DNA from: Raillietiella orientalis
Lineage: Eukaryota
NCBI GenBank assembly: GCA_036172245.1
Contig: JAYWIR010000089.1
Location: 1-64,000, forward strand
DNA length: 64,000 nt
Direction of reading: 5' to 3'
Part shown: one piece after another, positions 23,845 to 37,810 of the stretch
How positions within the stretch are numbered: the stretch's first letter is position 1
How the letters are laid out: each line of letters opens with the position of its first letter
Translations under genes and position numbers: made by a program
The notes under the pieces: model-generated
What the model was told of the DNA's origin: nothing
What the model saw: the letters and a program-made list of their open reading frames with translations, nothing else
Databases searched by the model: none

Positions 23845-26800
23845 CTCCCTGCCACCTCAGCGCTCGTCCTCATCGCCTCGGCAGAGATTGCCGTGAGCGG
23901 TGACCTCCAGGACCGGCGACCTCTTTCTTTGCTCCCCAACTTCCACAAAATCCACAACGGTTTCTAACATCGTACTCTAATTCGGGGAAAAAAAATCCAT
24001 CATCTACTTATACTATGGGATATCTACAAGCAACTGAAATCGGTATTCACACGGTATTTTGTTGGATGGCCAACTTTCAAATTTGAATATCCCAATTACA
24101 TGTGCACCAGTAAAAGGTCAGAAGACAACGAATTTTAGATGTTCTGGCTTTCCAGAACAAGAAGAAAGAGTTTTATCGAATTCTCCCATTCACCTGCACT
24201 TCTAAGGTGTTCAGGGGTACTGACAACGTCAAGTGGGTTATGCCATTTTATGCTTTCTACCAGATAAAGTCAACCAAAATGGGATTGAAATGGACATCTC
24301 CGGGAAACGAACACTCTATCCACAGAATGGCCTGATCTTGATGGAGAATAGCAGAGTTCCTGCTCTGACTACTGTCACCTGTAATGTCACAGACGTAGAG
24401 TACACGTCATTCTGTCCTCTAAATCAGAGCTTTGCACAAAAGAAAGCAGCAATTCCTCATTTTGTATGGAGATACGCGGAGAGAGTTGTCTTCTTCGATA
24501 TTCTAGCAAAAAGATGTTTGTTAGTTTTTTTTGTATTTCTCAATAAATTTTTCTGCAAATAGCAAATTTAGCATCCCAAATTCTCTCATGTTCTTAAATG
24601 TGTCTGAATGCAAATTTCCTGAGATCGCGTCAGAGAAGATATTCTTCTTGACTCACTTGAGGTCTCCTAGCCCACGCAAAAAGTAGACAGTCTTTTTTGT
24701 TGAGCAAATCCATTATTCGGTGAGTACTGGGACATTCGATAGACATCCGGAGAATCAAAAAGCAAAAGATCATTTCTTTTTTTCAGTGTTTTGGCGCTTT
24801 CCGGAAAATTTTTCAGCTGCCTGGTTTGTGTTCCTATCGTTTCCACCTAGCTGTTGGCTATCCTGAGTCCGCCCGAGCAATCGATTCCGCTTTCTCCTCT
24901 CATGGTTGCCGCGTGACAGCATAGAGATCAAAATCCCATCCCAGCGAGGAGACAAGGTAATCAAAATTACCTCATCCCAGCTTCCGTTGTCCAAAACCCT
25001 TTGCGGGGTATACTCTTCACGCAGTATCAGTGCACTCGGAGGGGTTGAATGTTTTTCTCAAAAGTGTGCTTTCCCCGAATGCACTCTTCCCACCTGCACA
25101 CCAGTGAACAGACACTGGAATGTACCATGGTTTCACAAATGAATCAGCATCCATGAGCAGCATTTGAATTTCCCATTCCTTTTATGTGTCTCCTTTGAAA
25201 TATTTTGCAATTTCGTTTTTCTCATTTTTGTTCACCTGTAAATACAAACACTCTTGTAAAGATGGTTTTGAAAGCATTCTTCTAATCGATCGAGCACACG
25301 TTTTATTTATCAAATTTCCCAACTGATTTCCTGTCCTCTTGATGTTTGTTGAGAGCCAATGTAACGCTTTGGCACTTTAGTTGCTGTTCTTGATATTTTT
25401 GCTCAGGAGCAATGTGCCAGCAGTGATGTTTTGGTTTCCTGAAATTTCCCTGTTTTTATTTTCTTTATCACGACTTCCGTGATCTCACACTTCCTCTGTT
25501 TTCATCATCTCCCCCCGTTTATCGTGACTTCAGGAGCATTTTCCTGCTGAGGTTGGTTTTTTAACCGCCTAGCGTTCCAAAGACGAATATTTCACCTTTG
25601 GCACCATCGTCGTTGGTTTCGGTTTCATCTCCTCTGTTGCATTGGGGAAGATGAGCAGAAACCATTAGGCACAGCTCATGGCTAGGAGGTTCCTTTGCTT
25701 TCTTCCGGTTTCCATGTTTCTACACTGGAAACTTTGCCAATGGTTATGGACAGGAATGGACTACCGTAAAGGTCTCAGTGCCGGAGATACGACAAAACCT
25801 TTTCTCGTTGGAGATGACAGAGAATGACGAAAGTTTCTAGAAAGATGAAACGCACGTTCCATATGGCAGCATGCGGCAGCCGTTTTACGATGGCTGCATC
25901 TGGTTTGCTGCCTCATCAAGAAAGGGTGTCCCCGAACCGACAAGAACTGCCGACGTAGGCGCAGCAAACAGTTGGAATGTGTGCGTGCAATGAACGGAAA
26001 GCATTTCCAAGAAGCATGTCCACCGAGCCCAGGCATGATCTTGCTAAAATGATGGCAGGACTTTATGGCTTTGCATGTCCGAATTTTAGTTCACGTACGA
26101 GACGAAAGAAACTCAAGGATGCGCTTCCCTATGAGATTCTCCAGACAGCAAGCATGCACAGACCAGAAAACACGAAGGCAAACTGAATGCCAAGTTCGGC
26201 ATGAAAACCGGGTATTTCTCAAGTGCCAACAACATGTTTTCCTCAACGGATTTCGGCTAGAAATTCTGGTAGTCCCCTTCTTCGTTCCGTAACTCCTTCT
26301 CCCCAGCTTCGATGCGATGTATGAACCAAACGATAATTAAGAATTGGCACATCTGAAATGCCTGAAAAAAATGAGACAACACGAAGGGAACGCGCTGGGT
26401 GCAAGCAGAAATGAGGTCTTCATTGCCCCGCTGACACCCCGATGCCTCCAAGGGCGCCGTAGGGGCGCAAAAGATGGGAGCCTTACGGTCTTCCTGTGGG
26501 GGCAGTTGGCGTCTCTCGAGCTGCTGTGGGTCAGCGCTTGCCGGCTGTGCTGTCGTATTAGGAATCGGTATGCTGCTGCCATGGCAGCATACCGATTCTT
26601 TTGGAACACCGTGTTTCCTTTCTTCCCATCCAGTTCTTTGCGCCCAGTGGGTCACCCACGCCCTTCGGCGATGTCAGCATCAGCAACGGGCTGCGCAGCT
26701 GGACACGCCTTCACGATGCTCCCCGAGGCCGCGCAGCCCCTCGTTTTCGAATCGTGGAAGCAAAAAAAAGTGTTCTTCCTTGCTCGAGTGGGAGGCCGAG

Positions 26801-27232
26801 GAACGACGGCGGTGTCTCAGGCATTCGGGATGGCCATTCTTTCTTTCTCACGTCCGGACAAATGGAGAGTCGGTCACCCGTGGTGTTCTCGGAAGCAACG
26901 GATGTGCACTTTCGTTCCCTGGAGGCCGGTGATTTTTTTTCGTGCAGCCTTTCTGCCAACCTTTGATCATAATTTTCGTCACAGTTTCGCGAAAGCTTTG
27001 CTTGCAAAATCGTGTGCAACTTTTCCGCTCCACATTTGCCGTGTGTGTTCCCCAAAGTTGGTTGATAGGTGTTGGCGGTATTCATTTATAGTGTGGAATG
27101 GGAATTTTGTGACTCCTGTGCTTATCACTGTAATTTGTACATGCGTGTTCCCACTTCTCCAGATTTAAATACAGTTGGAATTCTATCTTTTTTTCTTTTT
27201 TTTTTTTAAGTCCATTTATTGAACTCGGAAAA

Positions 27233-27848
27233 ATGTCATCAAGAAAGACTGCTACACGACGGTTGACCACCAAGAAAAGAGCCCAGAGAGCCACATCTAA
27301 TGTGTTTGCAATGTTTGATCGACCACAAATTCAGGAATTCAAAGAAGCCTTCAACATGATTGATCAAAACCGGGATGGTTTCATTGACAAAGAAGATCTT
27401 AGTGATATGCTTGCTTCCTTGGGTCTGCAAACTTTTATATAGAGAATTTTGAAGATAAAATGTTTTAGGTAAAAATCCAACGGATGAATATCTTGATGCT
27501 ATGATTAATGAAGCACCAGGATCCATTAATTTTACAATGTTTGTAACTATGTTTGGGAGCCACTTCCAAGGCACTGATCCAGAAGAAGTCATTAAAAATG
27601 CATTTGCATGCTTTGATGAAGACAATACTGGATCTATAAGCGAAGAAAAATTGCGAGAATTGCTGACAACCATGGGAGATCGATTTTCTGATGAAGATGT
27701 AGGTAGAATTGCGATATGTTGATATTGCTACCATCATGTCTAGGTTGATGAAATGCTTCGTGAAGCACCAGTGAAAAACGGAATTTTCGATTATTTAGAA
27801 TTCATTCGCATCCTTAAGCATGGGGCTGTGGATCAAGATGAGCCATGA
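27233..27848 (+). CDS. sqh: Non-muscle myosin II regulatory light chain (spaghetti squash/MYL12-like), 3 coding exons
   Basis: [31 protein letters not shown]-hand [46 protein letters not shown] and [13 protein letters not shown]; two ~45-nt GT-AG introns. Confidence 0.96.
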
Positions 27849-29399
27849 TTATTAAGAACTTGGATTTGGAATTTCACCTGAGGATGAGTAATGACAGTGG
27901 GTCTGCTAGCTTCGGAGGGATTGCTTTCCTAATTCATCTTATGGGTCTGATCCCTAGAAAACAAGTGCTAATGCCTTTAATAAATAAGATTTTCATTATA
28001 TTTCTGTTTGAAAGCCATCTTAAATTATATATCACTTCATAAGTAGGTAGTTATGTCCTTTGTAATTTTCACTGATGCAGAAGGTCAGTGAGCATAAAGG
28101 AATCTGTTTGATTGTTATTCGACTTCACCTTGTCGCAGTTTGAAGTTGTCTACATTCAGAACGTTCAGATGGTTCTTCTTGGAAATTTGAAAAGGAAAGA
28201 AGAAAAAAAAAAAAGCTGAAATCCACATTGTGTTCCTTGGATTTGAATTTCCTTGCATATTTAAGTTGAAGTATTCCTTGGGTTTGATAAGGTTTATTTC
28301 AAGATTCTTTGTTTGTGTTATAACATTCATCTTCCAAAATGTGATTCCAATAGTACAGGAATGAATAAAATGACATACTTGCAATTGTTTTGAAATTAAA
28401 TGGTGTGCTGAAATGAAGTATACAATTTTTAATGAACCCTGAAATTTTATGCCATTTTGAAATGCAAGGTAAAGTTGTTCATAGTATTCTTGCCTGAACT
28501 CTGGATGGTAGTGCTGCCAAACAGGTGTAAAGAAAGTTGTTTATACTCTTTACTTTGTTCCACTTTCTTCTTTAAACCCTGCTAATGGTCAGAATCACAA
28601 ATTTTGCCAAGCATTTGATTCAAATCATGAACATTATCAGGAATCTAATTCAATATTATGAAAATTTTTATAATAATCTACTCAAGTGGATGAATGAAAT
28701 CTTTGGTAAGGTTATGACTAAGAACACATTTGATTAACATGAGACATGCATGTTTGGAAAGCAAGTTTCAAGCATGAAAGGTATTAACGTGTTTATAGAT
28801 TCGGCTAAGCAAAAAGTAACTGGGAAACCAAATGACATTGAATTTTAAGGGACTCATCAGGAAAACCAAATGATGTTTGAAACAAATTATGGCACATGTG
28901 CCATGATTTGTTTCTGTGCCATCTGAATATGTGCTTGGGATTATTTAACTGCAGCTACCAGTTTAAACATCTCGCCAAAAATGTTCATTGTAAAGGATCT
29001 GCACAAGAAATATCCAAACAATCCTTTTATGTTATAGAACACTAGCAAGGTTTCTTCCCATATGAAAGTTTTGAACTGTCCTTTTAATAATCCTGATTAA
29101 TAAGTGCAAATAAAATATTTTGAAGATCTGTCAAATAGCTGTAAATTACCGACGTGAAAACTTTCCCAGCGGGCTTGGGATGGTCTCTTTTTTTACATTT
29201 ATCTGGAAAGTGAAGAAAAATTGATGACAATTGCAAACTATTCTTGATTTTCGGAGGACCTTGCTAAGCGGCATGCAAACCGAATAAATATCAACGTCCT
29301 TGGATACCAAAAATTAGAATTTCATGCCAGCTTTCCATACCCTTCAACTTCGGAAAGCCTTGGTATGATGGAAAGCCTACCGACGATCAATGGAGAAAC

Positions 29400-30760
29400 C
29401 CGCGCAAGGAGAGGAAAAAAAGTGCTTTGAAAAATGTCGCTTTCAATTCGATATTTCGGGCGTTTCATCAAAAGGTACTCGGGCGAGTGTGGCGGTTTTC
29501 CAAGTTGTTTTTCTCGTTCAATTGCACCAGTCTTCGGTGCCAGGTTCAGGTTCCTCCTTCAGCAGTGGCGCAGCAAGCCTGAAAGAAGGCTCACCACCGC
29601 GTGCCAGGTGGTGAGCGCGCCTGCGCCATGGGATGCGTGGGACAGCTCACCCTACTCTCATTTACACGGCGAGGGCCCGCTGAGGCGAGCGTCCAAGAAC
29701 ACCCAAGAAGCGAACACCGACACTCTCTTCGAGGCGCGACACTTCGTACATCCAGCCGCGAGGCGCTTTGCTCAGGAAGCCGTTGGGGCTGCCTGCGCAC
29801 CAACGGCTGAGATGAAATCTCAGCTCCACCCACAGGTCTCCTTATTTCTGAGGATTCTGGTGTCTTTAGGGGAACCAGCTGCATCTGCTCGAACTGAAGC
29901 CTCGACTCCAGGAAAGTGGTTTCTCCCTTTTCCCCGGGCGGCCTTTCCTTCCAGATGAGTCTTCCTGAAACTACGCGCTGCCGTTCTTTCATTCTTCGAG
30001 AGTCAGATCATCGACCCCAGACAAATGTATTCATTCACACCAGGATGCACGGTTTCGGGAGAATCAGAAGTGGTTCCTGGTTCAGGCGTATTTCGTCTCC
30101 AACTCATCTCGAAGGGCACTCAGTTCCTCATCGGTTACGGTCATCACTGCGGGACTCTCCCAGCGGAGGCTGGCGAACGACTTGCACAGTCTTTCCCACT
30201 CCACGCTGTAATCGTTCTTCGACTGCACATGCTTCCTGAAAAAGTACGGCGACTGAGCCGACGAGCGGGCGGACGTGCTTTTGTCGCGCTCCGCGAATTT
30301 CTGTGAGTGGGAGGTTTTCTTAAAGTGTGTATGTGTGTGGAGTCTCCGGTGTCCCATGGCAGCGATGGCTGAGGAGACCTGCAGGTAGGCGTTAGAGAGG
30401 CTTGCTCCTCTCCTGAGACTGGGAAAATGGGGGCAATCGCCCCTGCAGAAACGTCCACGACGACGGCGAGGACGTGGAGCGCCATCGTGGCCGCGCCAAG
30501 TGCGAAGGCCTTGGCTGAACAGGCGGCGTAGGCAGGGCCAGCGGATACAAGCCTTTGCTTGTATATAAGGTAGGCCCTCTTTTTTCTGGGAGTACTGCAC
30601 GCTCCTTCTTTAGGGCGTTGCAGTCGTTGAATGTATGCGAGGAGGATCTGGACGGTCTCTAAATCCTGGGCGGTGCTCAGCGCGTTGAGCTGACTTGTAG
30701 GGATATAAGTCTGACGCAGCGCCTGATGGACACACCGCTTACGGTGGAGGGACGAAAGAT
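29400..30760 (-). mobile_element. Decayed LINE RT remnant
   Basis: YIPTSQLNALSTAQDLETVQILL and PSLRRGASLSNAYLQV resemble RT domain 2 and the RQGxPLS motif. Confidence 0.4.
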
Positions 30761-30779
30761 CTTTCTGGTGTCGATGGAC

Positions 30780-32092
30780 CGATCAGTGGTCGTCCACATC
30801 ATAGAACGCATAGAGACAGCTGTGATGGCGAACCCTGGCCATAGCAGTCAAGTTCTGGAGCACCCCTTGGTGCGTGCCCGTCCGTCTCCTTGCTCGACGT
30901 GTCTCCGGGACGGATGGGCTCGCGTACCATCTTCTTTGCCGCGGCAGGAATAAAAGGAAATGCGTCCTCCTCCTAGAGCGCACGGCCACCCTGGCCAAGG
31001 AGAACGGATGGATGATCTGCAGCCCCGAGAACTCTAGCGCTTGGCTAGATGAAACTGTTGGCATGTGGACGAAGATACATCGACCTGCAAATCAGAACTA
31101 GAACTGCCTGCGGCACTGCCTCTACGCTCGCTGCTCGCTGCGGAAGGTGCTGGAGTGCCTTGCGAGGAGCGCGTAAGCTGAAGCGTCTCCCGTCGCAACG
31201 GCGTTGCCCTTCCCGAGAAGGGCACTGAACAGCAGCACAACGCCGAGGTGGCAGGTCACCTGCAGGAACGAAGGCAGAGAAAGAATAATAGCGGCTGGAC
31301 CATGGATCAGCTGGCGGATTCCACGACTGAGAGTGTTCTGCTGCAAGGACTTCAACGCTGGGGAGAGCTACTCGGCATTCCAAGAGAACAACTCGAGTGC
31401 CCCAAACACGACAACCCTTCCCCTGAAATGGCAGCAGTCGGCGCTGCTGATATTGCACTGAGGTCTCCCCTGCAACGCACGCCGGCATCACTGGACTTTG
31501 GGGAGGGTGAGCCCGAATTGCAGCTGGTGCGGGGAAAAAGAAACCTTCCCGCACCTGCTAGTAGACTGTGTTGCCCTCCGTCCCCTTTGAGAATGGTAAG
31601 CCGGGACCCTCCGGTTGCCAGATGACCCCTAGGGACGTCATACGCCTTCTCTTCGTGCAGCCAGCAGCCAGCCGCAGCCTTGGCAGCACTTTGTTGCATC
31701 CGCGGGATTGTAGCTGCTTGGAGCGGTGGCGACTCATGAGGAAGCAACCAAAGGGAAGTCGTGGAATGCGCAGTTCGCTTTCTGCGAATAGCCACCCGAT
31801 GGCCCCACCTGAGGTTATTGCGGAAGGACCTCGTCAGGATCCTGGGAAGGATGGATCCGGCCTCCAGCGGGTCGTAATCACTTCCCTTACTCTCCAGAGT
31901 GTATTCTTTCTTTTCTTTTATTTTTTTGTATTTTGTTTTCCCTCAATCCCCCTCCGTTGCCGAGGATGGTCCCATCAGTCTGAGTACTGACGACCCGGCA
32001 GGTCCACTGACTGATTGGCCGTACTGGGGCTTAGTACCACGTTGTATAAGTTAGAATTTATTAATAAATGCCCCGGTCTATCCGGGTGTCAA
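30780..32092 (+). mobile_element. Second 5'-truncated copy of the 5742-7143 LINE family (frameshifted)
   Basis: ATLAKENGWMICSPENSSAWLDETVG vs ATLAKENGWMVCSPANSSAWLEETAG; shared 3' UTR and terminus. Confidence 0.9.
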
Positions 32093-32830
32093 CGTCGAAA
32101 CAAGCGTTCCGCACCGCCCTCGCCACCCTGCCCCGGACAAGGAATGCTACTCCGCAGGTATTCTGGGAGTCTTGCCGCCAATGGAGCGTCCCGCCTGCGC
32201 GAACTGCCAGATCGGCCGCTTGCTGTTCGGAGAGAGAGTGAATCTCCTGCAGCAGGGCCAGATCGATGTCGCGCAAGACGTTAGCTACCAATCGCCTCTT
32301 CTCGTTGTCCTGCAGCCCGTTGACGTTCCAACAGGTCACTCGGACGCGACGAGAAGAAGAGAGACCGCGCATTGCTGCTACGGACATGGAGGTGCGTTCC
32401 TCGCCCCGTCCGGCGAGGCATCAGCCGGGAGCACGGCGGATGAGGTAGCGCAAGCGCTTCCTGTCCCCGCCGCGCCGCTCGCGGCCGGCTCGGTGGAGTC
32501 GAGGACCATTGCCTCGGGCTCCGAGGAGCATCGGGAACCGTTCCCGGCATCAGGCTCTTGCTTGGCAAGTTTCGGCTTGCGCTCAGCCTCAGGCTGCACC
32601 GGGGCTTGGCGAACCTTTGCGCTGCCCAAAGATTTCACTTGGGAGTCCGAATGTTGTGCGCGCGACAGGCGTTTCGCCTGCCTGCTCTTTTTCTAGCAGC
32701 TTCGAGATGGTCCAGCATTCGTAGTGCCGAGGGTGCCGCCGGTGCCGATCCCGCTCTCAAGGGCTCGTCGTCAGCAGTTTACCTTTCTCTGCAAGCGACA
32801 GCGACGGCGCACGCAATCGCAGCCGGGACA
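32093..32830 (-). mobile_element. LINE ORF1 C-terminus/ORF2 start with APE endonuclease N-terminus, cut off by the 30780-32092 insertion
   Basis: ORF 32061-32387 contains RVTCWNVNGLQDNEKRR...DIDLALLQEIH...CGVAFLV (APE motifs WNVNGL, LQE, GVA). Confidence 0.85.
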
Positions 32831-32999
32831 CTGTAGTGGTGAGAAACCTCCGCTCAGAGTGCGGAGCCGGGTTTTTGGTCCATAGCAGGATGCTATTTAT
32901 TCATTCTACCGGAGATGCTGCGCATCTCCAGTGGAGAGAGAAAATAAGAGGTGACAGAAAACTGTTCCGAGCATTCCTTCTGGGAGAAGCGCCGACAGC

Positions 33000-35400
33000 G
33001 TAGTGCAGGACTTGGGACTTTCCCCACGAAGATGCTGATAATTGCACTGCGAAGCGTCCGCTCTTCGGAAATGCTTGCGATAAACTCAAAAATTGGAAAA
33101 TATCGCATTGCACATGAGGTCCTACGTCCATTTTTTTGGAGCAAGGTCACTTCCGGTTAGGATGCTAATGCATTTTCACTGCACTTTAGGAATGCTGTGA
33201 TTAGCGTAAATTCGCGCGGAGTCTGCAACAGGAGGCCATCTTTTGTCTTTGGGATGAGCGAGACAAGCTGGTCACTCGGCTTGAAATGTTTGCGGGTGCT
33301 CACACGTTAATGCCGAAACATAAATGATTATGGATGTGAAACATCTGCTCCGTGCTTGTCTTTGAAAATCTTTGATGAAGGGGAACAAATTTCCAGTGAT
33401 GCTATACAAGCCATTTCTGAACCTTCTACAAGTGCGCGCATCTCTGCCATCTTTGAGAGATCCTCTTGCAGCTGCTCAAAACTGCAGTGGGTTGACTTCT
33501 GTGCACACGGATTCAGGGCGTGGAACACCTCCGTCTACGCAAAGTGGAGAGAAATGGTTCCGAAAAAGAATAACATAGTAAGAACCACTTGCATGTATGC
33601 TGCACATAGGTGAAGGTCCACTCCGCCGGTTGTGGTTGTGTGTGTGTTGCCTCAGTGGAGTCCTCTTCTTCAGATCAGCTACAAAGTTCTTTGAGCTCTT
33701 TCCACTGCTTCCGAGGGGAGGCGCCGATTTCGAATACTTTAACTGCTTTGAGTGAATTGGCGCTCTTTGTAAATGCTGCCATGGTGCACGAGTGGCTTTC
33801 TCGTGCTCGAGAGTGCGTGCCATCGAAGCGCCAAGAGCAGACGCCGTGCCATCGCTGCTGCGAATGAGCGAACGGCTACTCTCTGAATGGGGCTGCCCCT
33901 ACGCAAATTCCACGAAGCAGTGAACGCCGGCGACGAAGCGTCTTCGCTCTGGAAACTGGGCTCTCTTTACACGACCTGAAAAGACGTTTCCATGCTTGCC
34001 TCTTTTTGCTTGAAGGTACATGAGAAATCATCATTCGTGATTTCGGACACGTCGTCGTGTCTTCGGCGGACAATGTATATAGCGAGGGGCTGTGGCTGAT
34101 GCTTCGCATGCTCACGTCCTTACACGACACTCTGCTCATATGTGCAACGATCCTTTATGGAGCTCTTATTTTTGGCAGTGGAATTCCGTGCCTCGCTTGA
34201 AAGCTCTCCCTAAAAAGCGTCTCTTTTCTTCGAAAGCGCGGTTCACCATTAGAGTAAGTTGTACTTTGGCCACTGTGCTCATCTCCTTGGAATGTTTGTA
34301 ACGTTCAAGCGACGCCTGGATGGCCGTAAAATGTGGTCGCTGCGAGCCAGAAATTCTGCCCACCGCCAGCACTGAGATCCCCACGTTTTATCTAATAAAT
34401 TGGGAATTCATAGCTACTCTTCTTCTCTTGCGGAATTGAACTCCAAATTGTCAATTTGTCTTTGTCAGTTTTCAAATGTTCTGCTTCTCGCTGTGACGGC
34501 CAACTTACACACTGCTGGTTACTCCTCCGGAAGCGATGCAGATTTTGCTCTTTCTTTCTTGAAAGACAATGTCAAGGATTGTACTGTTGACCTCGTGACT
34601 CCCCAGAAAGGAACGTCTGTACCGAATCCATGTTTGCTGGAATGGAGGATGACATCCAAGGTGCCGTATTGGCAATCTTTCTTTCTTAAATTCCAGGTAC
34701 AATGAATGTATATTACAAAAAATGTGATCACTGATCTCAGAGGTATTTGGATGAAAATTACAACGTAACACTCGAAATAAAGGGATCTCCAGGGGAGTGT
34801 CAATGCAATATTACCTGTGTTCAACCAAAAGCAGAGTAAGTCTTCTTTTAGAGTCGCTATGGTACACGCAGTGAAGTGTACATGCATGGCGGTTTGCGAT
34901 GGGTTCGTTTGAAGGTTTTTCGTAAAAACATAGCTTTTTATGCCTCGTATCCTTAACGTTGTGGTCCTCAGTGAACTCCGAATACCTGTACTTTGTATGG
35001 TGCTTGCAGGATTGTTTGCATAGTGCCCCTTCTGCACGGAATCGCTCAATAACATTCTCAATTGCAAGGGCCATCGTGCTTTTTCCTGCAGTGTAGCCTG
35101 GAAATCGGAACCAACTGAATCTTCTGCCCCATCAGCGCAGCTGCTTCTCACCTCGCAGGAAGCGCACTTGAACTTTCACGGCTGTGACACATGCAGCAAC
35201 CGAGCAGCTGACCGTTTTTCCAGCGAGAGGTCAAATATGGAATAGTACTCATTTCGAGTTTTGGTGAAGACCACTTTCGTGGAGTCTTCGGAAAACTGGG
35301 AATCCGCACACGCGATATACAGGGCTTTCCGGGTGCTGGAGTCCCATCCACTAACGAAACTTTCAATTCAGGGATGCACCTTTGAATCGAGTTCTTCTTG
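33000..35400 (-). mobile_element. Possible decayed LINE remnant (APE C-terminus)
   Basis: HSDSKRRLTLLLV followed by HPNTSEISDH (34720-34870) resembles the APE RID/SDH motifs. Boundaries are approximate. Confidence 0.3.
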
Positions 35401-35699
35401 TGGAAACACCATTCACCATTAACTGTTGGTTTTGGTCTTTGAACTGCGTGGTGGTGCTCTCGCGCTCGTTTTCGAAGAGTTCAGAGTAGTCTGAATCACC
35501 TCTTCCTGCTCAGAAATAAAAGCAAACGAATGTGTACTGTACATGATGTTTTTTCATTCAATAAGTTTCTATAACATCACGTGCGTGGTCTGCAAGTTCC
35601 TTATTGCTGTTTGCGACCTCCCCTTTTCACGTCTGTTGCCATTCGATTCTTTTTCTCACTGGAGAGTGCACACCGGAATCGAGAAACTGGGATTCTGTT

Positions 35700-37810
35700 T
35701 GCAAGGTCACCTGCACTCCGCACACATGGAGGTCGCCTCAGTGCACCTTTTCAGGGGAAAATCTTTTCCTTACAGCCGGCACGTGGGAAGCCTGTTGTCC
35801 ACTTGAGCATCCATTGAATGCAGGAAACGTGACCACAGTGTGGGCAGCTGCGGAACGCAAACGCGAAAATTTTGGGCGCATCACCCCAATTCCGCGGATA
35901 AAGTCGTTTACTTCTTCAAGCAGCCATTCGGGAAAACCCTTTCCTGTGCAACCCGATGCTTCTGTCGTTACCTTCCAGCTCCGAATCCAAGGTCACACTA
36001 TGACGACCCCCGACTAGAAAGTGTCTTCGGGAGAAAGAGGAAATTCTGTGCATGCAGAGGAAAAGATCAGAAAAGTGCATGGCTGCATGCCCGCTATACG
36101 CTTTCCTGATGCAGCGCGCACCGCACCGACATTGGCTCCTGGACCATCTCGCATTCCTTGGGCGGGAGGTGGTCTCGCTTTTTCCTCCACGGGCGCCCAC
36201 GTGCCTCAAATCATTCCACGGTCTCGTTGCATGCTTTCGCGTGCGTTTCCATTCCTTCCTTTTTTCTCCTGAGGGCAAACGAGCCGCGTCGGGTTCCCGG
36301 ACTGGCGACCAGCCGTCCATTTTGGGAGAGTGACGGAGGGAGCGCTGACACCGGAAGCGGACGATTGCCGTCCTTTCGCTTCTGCCGAACGCCTGACGGC
36401 CTTTTTCGCGGCCTCAGGCGACTGTTGCAGAGTGGTCGCTGCTTGCTCGAAATCTCGCTCGTGCTTACTCACGCTCGGCCCCGTTGCGTCAGCGCTTTTG
36501 CAGCGACGGGTGTGGCTCGCCCTACGGCTTTTCCCTCGACCGAGCCCGCGCGGCGCTTTTTGACTCATTCGTGGGGCCAGGATTCTTCCTCGCCTTTCGC
36601 TTCTTCTTTTTGGGCGTTTTCCTATCCGTTTCCCTTTTCGTTGACGATGACCAACTGCCAGCCTTCGTCCCCGACATCTTGATTACGGTGCCCTTTTTCG
36701 CATTCCTCATTTGGCTGCACAAACTTTTTCCTTGCTGGGGGTTGGTCATTTCGTTTTTTTTTTCTCGCTTGATTTTCTCCGCCTTCTTTCGATCCGTGGT
36801 TTCCGGCAGTGGAGCGACGTTCTTGGGGCACACCACGATTGTGTGGCCCTTCTCGCCGCACGTAGGGCATTCTGCGTCCGGACATCTCTTTTTCAGCTGC
36901 CTGAACGTCCTGCATTGCCCGCAATATGTAGGCTTCCCCACCTAACGAACCTCGAGAAATTCATTGCCGATTTCAATTTTGTGGGGGAGCCTACAGTTTT
37001 CGCGGAGAAAATGCGAAAGACACACACACTGTGCCGGGAGGAAGGAACGACTTCTTTGGCGTTTTAGAGGATTCCATGCTTTTTAGACCGCAGAAGTAAA
37101 GAGGCTGCTTCAGGAATAACCATATGTGAAACTCACGAAGGTTGGGTTTGTTTGTACGATAGGGAACATTTGGAAATCTTGGATTTCCAAAGGTCACGGT
37201 TCATTCGTTCAGGCACAATCGTGCATGCACCTAATCTTTCAATGATTCTACTATAAGGAAAAATTTGATCCAAAAATGATTCCCATATGGAGACGCAACT
37301 CGTAGATGTGTGCGCGTGTGATTCGGTTACCATGGTGATGCTTCTTCCTGTCTGGCGTGGACAGGTGTCTGCGCGAATACTCCTTAGAAACCTCTTCTTG
37401 GCATTTTTGGAGCCCTGTTTGCGCCGCCCATGGTAAGCTCCTGGTGGTGAAAGGAAGCGAAATGCAAGGACAAGTATTTGTAGGCATTTTCCTTGAGTGA
37501 GGCACCCACAGAGGAGTTCAGGATAAAGGGATTCCCCAATGATGCCTTTGGTAAGGGCAGCCGTGAAACGTTTGTAATTCAGAGTTTCGTCCTGGTTACA
37601 TAAAAATAGAAAACTGCTTTCTCCCTTCGATATCAGATTGACGTTATGCATCATGGCTGCATCTGAAGCAGCACTTTTTGCTGCTTCTTTTCCACATTCC
37701 TCTTGGCTCACCCTCGTGAATGTTTCTTTTTCCATACTTTTCCTTAATTCTGGAAACCCTCCAACAAACTTTTTCCCATTCCGCCGAGAGAAAAGGCAGA
37801 ATTCATCCAA
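35700..37810 (-). mobile_element. LINE ORF1 (gag-like, CCHC zinc knuckles) plus degenerate APE remnant
   Basis: YCGQCRTFRQLKKRCPDAECPTCGEKGHTIVVCPK (one degenerate and one intact Cx2Cx4Hx4C) followed by a Lys-rich tail (36522-36941). Confidence 0.7.

Noticed and set aside
24200..27170. ORFs between SELENOF and MRLC (e.g. 26344-27168)
   Set aside because: No recognisable motifs or exon structure; probably decayed repeats plus the MRLC promoter region.
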